A stretch of 63,054 nucleotides of DNA, counting the filler. It is 5 parts of 5 records of this genome, joined end to end, with 100 filler letters (N's around TTAATTAATTAA, not from the genome) between each part and the next. Parts side by side here need not be neighbours in the genome. Positions count along the whole stretch, not along the records: positions 57,356 to 63,054 come from SRR20825006_2602; 4 more parts are not named here. One strand, written 5' to 3'. The position numbers and the translations under genes are program-made. The notes beneath the pieces are model-generated. The model made no database searches. It was not told the origin of the DNA and saw nothing but the letters and a program-made list of their open reading frames with translations. Below, piece by piece: positions 58,912-63,054 of the stretch (its first letter is position 1; each line of letters opens with the position of its first letter).

Positions 58912-60303
58912 ATGAAAATCTTTTCAACTCCAATAGTTTTAGTTTTTTTGCTTTTTTCAGCAGTAGGTATTTCACAGAATGCAGTGAAGGATTCTATAAT
59001 GCTTAAAAAAATATATACCGCAGCACTTACTGAAGGCAAAAGTTATGAATGGCTAGATTACCTTTCAAATGAAATTGGCGGCCGACTTTCGGGCTCCATA
59101 GAAGCTGAAACTGCTGTAAAGTATACGGAAACTCAACTAAATGAACTTGGGCTTGATAAAGTTTGGTTACAACCCGTGATGGTGCCTCGATGGACTCGTG
59201 GTTTTAAAGAATACGCATATATTGAAACCTTAACAGGCGAGAAAACCATTACCGAAATTTGTGCACTCGGAGGCTCAGTGCCTACTCCAAATCTTGGTTT
59301 AAAAGCTGAAGTTGTGGAAGTGCATGGTATTGAAGAGCTTGCTGCACTAGGAGAAGAAAAGCTTTCTGGTAAAATTGTTTTCTTCAATAGACCGATGGAC
59401 GCAAGTTTAATTAACACGTTTGAAGCGTATGGCGGGTGCGTAGATCAGCGTTATTCTGGTGCTGCAGAAGCAGGAAAATATGGCGCAGTTGGTGTAATTG
59501 TTCGTTCAATGAATTTGCGTTTAGACGATTTACCGCATGCCGGTGCTATGAGTTATGGCGATACGCCAGTAAATATGCGCATTCCCGCTGCAGCAATTAG
59601 TACCAATGGTGCTGAGTATTTAAGTAGCCTTTTAAAACTACAACCTAATCTTATGTTTTACTTCAAACAGAACTGTAAAACCTATGATGACGTACTGTCA
59701 CACAATGTAATTGGCGAAATAACTGGTAGCACAAACCCGGATGAGTTTATGATTGTTGGCGGCCATTTGGACAGTTGGGATCTTGCAGATGGTTCACATG
59801 ACGATGGCGCAGGCTGTGTGCAGAGCATGGAAGTGCTGCGTTTGTTTAAAATAATTGGCTATAAACCAAAACATTCCATTCGCGTGGTTTTATTTATGAA
59901 TGAAGAAAACGGTTTGCGTGGCGGTAAAAAATATGCGGAAGAAGTTAAACGCAAAGGTGAAAAACATCTTTTTGCGTTAGAAAGTGATGCTGGCGGATTT
60001 ACACCTCGCGGATTTTCTTTTCAAACAAATGAAGCTAATTTTAAGAAAGTACAATCCTGGCAACCTTTGTTTAAACCCTATTTAATTCACTATTTTGAAA
60101 AAGGGCACGGTGGCGCAGATATTGGTCCTTTGGAAGGAAATATAGACGTTCTAGCTGGTTTACGTCCCGATTCTCAAAGATATTTTGACCATCACCACGC
60201 TGCTAACGATATTTTTGAACATGTAAACAAACGTGAACTTGAGCTTGGAGCAGCTTCTATGGCTAGCTTGGTTTATCTATTTGATATGTACGGCACAAAA
60301 TAA
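58912..60303 (+). CDS. M28-family metallopeptidase (carboxypeptidase Q-like)
   Basis: Signal peptide; GGHLDSWD, DDGAG, NEENG, ESD, YFDHHH. Confidence 0.88.
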   Translation: MKIFSTPIVLVFLLFSAVGISQNAVKDSIMLKKIYTAALTEGKSYEWLDYLSNEIGGRLSGSIEAETAVKYTETQLNELGLDKVWLQPVMVPRWTRGFKEYAYIETLTGEKTITEICALGGSVPTPNLGLKAEVVEVHGIEELAALGEEKLSGKIVFFNRPMDASLINTFEAYGGCVDQRYSGAAEAGKYGAVGVIVRSMNLRLDDLPHAGAMSYGDTPVNMRIPAAAISTNGAEYLSSLLKLQPNLMFYFKQNCKTYDDVLSHNVIGEITGSTNPDEFMIVGGHLDSWDLADGSHDDGAGCVQSMEVLRLFKIIGYKPKHSIRVVLFMNEENGLRGGKKYAEEVKRKGEKHLFALESDAGGFTPRGFSFQTNEANFKKVQSWQPLFKPYLIHYFEKGHGGADIGPLEGNIDVLAGLRPDSQRYFDHHHAANDIFEHVNKRELELGAASMASLVYLFDMYGTK

Positions 60304-60322
60304 TTTAGGGTAGAATAATTTT

Positions 60323-61126
60323 TTACCACCAAACAACAAAAAATCGCTCAATTTTATTGGGCGTTTTTTTATAGACCAATGGCGATTTACTATTTTGAAT
60401 TTGAGTTTCAATTGCTTGTTTTACTTCAGAAAAAGAAAACCAATTTTTAAGTGAATTTGGAGGTAGGAGCCATTCCTTTTTGTTCGGAATAGCGTAGCGG
60501 TAGTTTTGATTCTCTTTTTCAAAATCCTTTAAACTTATCCAATACCCAGTAATACAGTTTTTATAATTCTCAAGAAATATATTGCTATTTAATTTCTTCG
60601 GAAGAAACAAAAAAGCTTTTAAACATAACTGCTGCCAAATAGGTGGATGAATGTTATAGTGATCTAATTTTTGAATGGTTTCAGGAGCATAAATTAATGG
60701 AAACTGTTTTGTTTTTACTTTTTCCAATTTGTCATAAAGCGTATCTTTTCGGTTAGGGCCAATCCATTTTTCTTCTTTTAAAATACCTGCATCTTCATCG
60801 TATAAATAGAATTTACACGCCAATTCTATATGAATAATTTTTTGCGTATTTATATCACGGATTATATAATCTAACTCACCCAAAGTACTATGAACGCTAT
60901 TCACTTGAATGTTTGACGCAAGAAGCTTGTATTTTTTTGATTGCTTTAAATATGTTTCAAAGCATGCTTCGGCTTGTTTTCCGAGCATTAAATTTGAAGG
61001 AAATATAACTTCTTTTGCAACAATTGCTTCTTCACTAAATTTAAAAGTATCAAAAGAAAACGCTTCCGAGTTTATTATTAAATCGGGCGCATCTATGAAT
61101 GTTTGAAGAGGAATAGTAGAATTAAT
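60323..61126 (-). CDS. DUF1853-family protein (PD-(D/E)xK-like)
   Basis: LGKQAE, TLGELD, HIELACKFYL, WIGPNRKD. Frame is open 46 codons upstream of ATG 60988 to an ATT at 61126. Confidence 0.75.
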   Translation of the reverse strand: MNSTIPLQTFIDAPDLIINSEAFSFDTFKFSEEAIVAKEVIFPSNLMLGKQAEACFETYLKQSKKYKLLASNIQVNSVHSTLGELDYIIRDINTQKIIHIELACKFYLYDEDAGILKEEKWIGPNRKDTLYDKLEKVKTKQFPLIYAPETIQKLDHYNIHPPIWQQLCLKAFLFLPKKLNSNIFLENYKNCITGYWISLKDFEKENQNYRYAIPNKKEWLLPPNSLKNWFSFSEVKQAIETQIQNSKSPLVYKKTPNKIERFFVVWW

Positions 61127-61128
61127 AG

Positions 61129-61584
61129 CTATGATTTAATCGTTTTTTCATATTTTTCAATCCATTCGTTTACCGTTATTTTAGTGATTAATTCACTTAA
61201 CAATTTATACGGGATATTTTTTTCGTTTTTAAAGCGTACACAGCTTTTACCCATGTCTAATTTTCCATTTACGTGCTTTGGATATTCAGTTACAAACCAA
61301 TCCATAAGTTTTGGGTCTGAATAAATGCCAGAATGGTAAAAACTGATATAATTTTTTTGCGATGCAATGCTCATAAACGGCAGTGCATCTGTGGGTTTAC
61401 AGTGGTAACCTGCAGGGTAAATACTGTGTGGCACCACATAACTTATCATTCCGTATTGCATGGTTTCTTCAAAACCTTTTGGAAGATTTTTTTGTGTTAT
61501 TTCCCTTAATTTTTGAAGTATTTCCTTACGTTCTTCAGGGAGTTCGGCTATATATTGGTCTGCTGTTGTGGCTTTGGATTGCAT
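61129..61584 (-). CDS. DUF1801-family protein
   Basis: YIAELPEERK, YGMISYVVP, ASQKNYIS, DMGKSCVRF. Confidence 0.85.
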   Translation of the reverse strand: MQSKATTADQYIAELPEERKEILQKLREITQKNLPKGFEETMQYGMISYVVPHSIYPAGYHCKPTDALPFMSIASQKNYISFYHSGIYSDPKLMDWFVTEYPKHVNGKLDMGKSCVRFKNEKNIPYKLLSELITKITVNEWIEKYEKTIKS

Positions 61585-61777
61585 GTTGAAAAATATATGG
61601 TTTAAAACTCAAAGTTATAGGTTTTTTATTGAAGTATTCTTCAGTATAAGCTTAACTTCAATCTACTAAAGTTGAAAGTAGACGAAGATTACTTATAATT
61701 TATACAGAGATTAACTTTATTCATACTAGGCTTTTGATACCCAAAATTATAATTGTATTTTTCTATGAAATTATAAA

Positions 61778-62113
61778 ATGATGAAAAAATTTATAGTGTT
61801 TTCAATAGTTGCCTTTTTTGTAATGTTTGCTTCAGAAGGGTTTTCGCAAGAAATAATTAAATATAATTTTCTTGAAGTTATTGTAGTTCAAAAAGCCAAC
61901 AACCGTGGAAAAGTAAAACGTATAAAAGTAGAAGAACAAACCTCATTAATAGGACAAAATATCTCAATCGATGCAATTGAAGACATTGAAGAAACCTCTA
62001 CATTACTCAATTATATGAACGCCCACGACTGGGAGTTTCTAGACCGCCAAGCTGTAGTTTCAGACGATAACGACCCAGTTTGGATGAGTTATATTTTTAG
62101 AAAACGCAGGTAA
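61778..62113 (+). CDS. Secreted hypothetical protein
   Basis: MMKK signal peptide; LNYMNAHDWE...YIFRK. Confidence 0.65.
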   Translation: MMKKFIVFSIVAFFVMFASEGFSQEIIKYNFLEVIVVQKANNRGKVKRIKVEEQTSLIGQNISIDAIEDIEETSTLLNYMNAHDWEFLDRQAVVSDDNDPVWMSYIFRKRR

Positions 62114-62151
62114 TTAGTATTTAGAAATAAGTATTGAAAATTGCGAATGTT

Positions 62152-62997
62152 TTACTGAAACGTCCATGCAATAAAACGGCTTTGTTTGTTGCCTTGTGCC
62201 ATTTCAATGACTCTTACTTCAGTGGGTTTTGTTTTGTTTATTGCTCTTTTAATCTTTTTTAGGTTTTCATTTTGTGAAACGATGGCGGTAAACCATTGTA
62301 CTTGCTCCTTAAATTGAATACTTTCTTCAGCCATTTTTTGCAAGAATGCCACCTCGCCACCTTTATACCATAACTCGTTGCTTAAGCCGCCAAAATTTTT
62401 GGTGTTTTCATCGTTTAGTTCAAGGTTTTTGAACTTACGTCTGTTGCTTTGTTCTGCCTCCGTTCGGTTTTTAAAAAAAGGCGGATTGCAAACTACAACA
62501 TCAAAATAATCATTTGGTTGAATAATATGCTCTAAAATACTAGTCTTAAACTTCTGATGACGTAATTCAATGGTTTGTAGGGTATCATTCTTTGTGATAA
62601 TTTCTTGTGCATTTTTTAGAGAATCGAGGGACACTTCACTTGCGGTACATTGCCAATTAAACTGCCTACTTGCCAAAATAGGGTAGATGAGGTTAGCGCC
62701 TGTGCCAATATCCAGCAATTTTACGTTCGTCTTTTCAAGCAAATCTGCTATATGAAACAAATAATCCAATCTACCAGGAATTGGCGGGCAAAGATTGTTT
62801 TCTGGGATATTCCAATACCTAATATTGTAATGTGCTTTTAATAATGCAGTGTTAAGTGCCTTTACCGCTAGGTTGCTTGAAAACTTGATGCTCTTGTTGC
62901 CGTGGTCATTTATAAAAACATATTCTTTTAAAGGAGCATGATGCTTTATAAGTTCATCAAAATTATAATCTATTTTAAATGGATTTTTAGGATGCAC
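62152..62997 (-). CDS. rlmF: 23S rRNA m6A1618 methyltransferase
   Basis: MHPKN, LCPPIPGR, DIGTGANLIYP, CNPPF, GGEVAF, QGNKQSRFIAWTF. Confidence 0.93.
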   Translation of the reverse strand: MHPKNPFKIDYNFDELIKHHAPLKEYVFINDHGNKSIKFSSNLAVKALNTALLKAHYNIRYWNIPENNLCPPIPGRLDYLFHIADLLEKTNVKLLDIGTGANLIYPILASRQFNWQCTASEVSLDSLKNAQEIITKNDTLQTIELRHQKFKTSILEHIIQPNDYFDVVVCNPPFFKNRTEAEQSNRRKFKNLELNDENTKNFGGLSNELWYKGGEVAFLQKMAEESIQFKEQVQWFTAIVSQNENLKKIKRAINKTKPTEVRVIEMAQGNKQSRFIAWTFQ

Positions 62998-63026
62998 GGG
63001 CTAGTTTTTTGAAAGGTTTTGATTAA

Positions 63027-63054
63027 TGAAAAATGAAAAATGAAAAATGAAAAA
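63027..63054 (+). repeat. Heptamer tandem repeat (TGAAAAA)x4 running off the window end
   Basis: Four exact copies seen directly. Confidence 0.9.

Noticed and set aside
1-63054. CRISPR arrays, tRNA/rRNA genes, prophage or defence systems
   Set aside because: No repeat-spacer periodicity, tRNA or rRNA signatures, or phage/defence hallmark proteins recognised by eye.

Overview
This window is not one locus. It is five unrelated contig pieces joined by 100-bp spacers (44 N + TTAATTAATTAA + 44 N). (1) 1-12927 is a GC-rich alphaproteobacterium (Thalassospira-like, inferred) carrying ectoine ABC ehuBCDA, sulfate ABC sbp-cysTWA, and an RpiR/MurR regulator divergent from murQ plus an Opp/Dpp-type ABC transporter. 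(2) 13028-29472 is an AT-rich Flavobacteriaceae piece with an IS1182-family element inserted in mscS, an ABC exporter, dnaJ-grpE, housekeeping genes, crcB and a P-II-amt-porin operon. (3) 29573-38983 is a GC-rich gammaproteobacterium (Alcanivorax-like, inferred) with yidD-like / DUF2946-like RGPP leader / ZnuD-like TonB receptor / His-rich AztD-like lipoprotein, two START proteins, DUF2254, a GntR regulator and a BASS transporter. (4) 39084-57255 is a Rhodobacteraceae core region (dapD, dapE, rnr, ctpA, envC, gpmI, rlmH, rsfS, leuC) plus a GluR0-like channel and a Hint-domain protein. (5) 57356-63054 is a second Flavobacteriaceae piece (sigma54 activator, PPK2, M28 peptidase, rlmF). The best leads are a candidate metal-sensing ribosome-arrest leader (CxxC + RGPP) coupled to a stand-alone yidD upstream of a zinc-type uptake operon; a promoter- and terminator-bounded ~85-nt flavobacterial sRNA whose single-stranded core is complementary to ATGAAAAAG start regions; a sigma54 + TGACA heat-shock promoter; and a palindromic candidate nitrogen operator before P-II-amt-porin. 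No rRNA, tRNA or CRISPR array was seen. All family calls come from motif recognition, not database searches.
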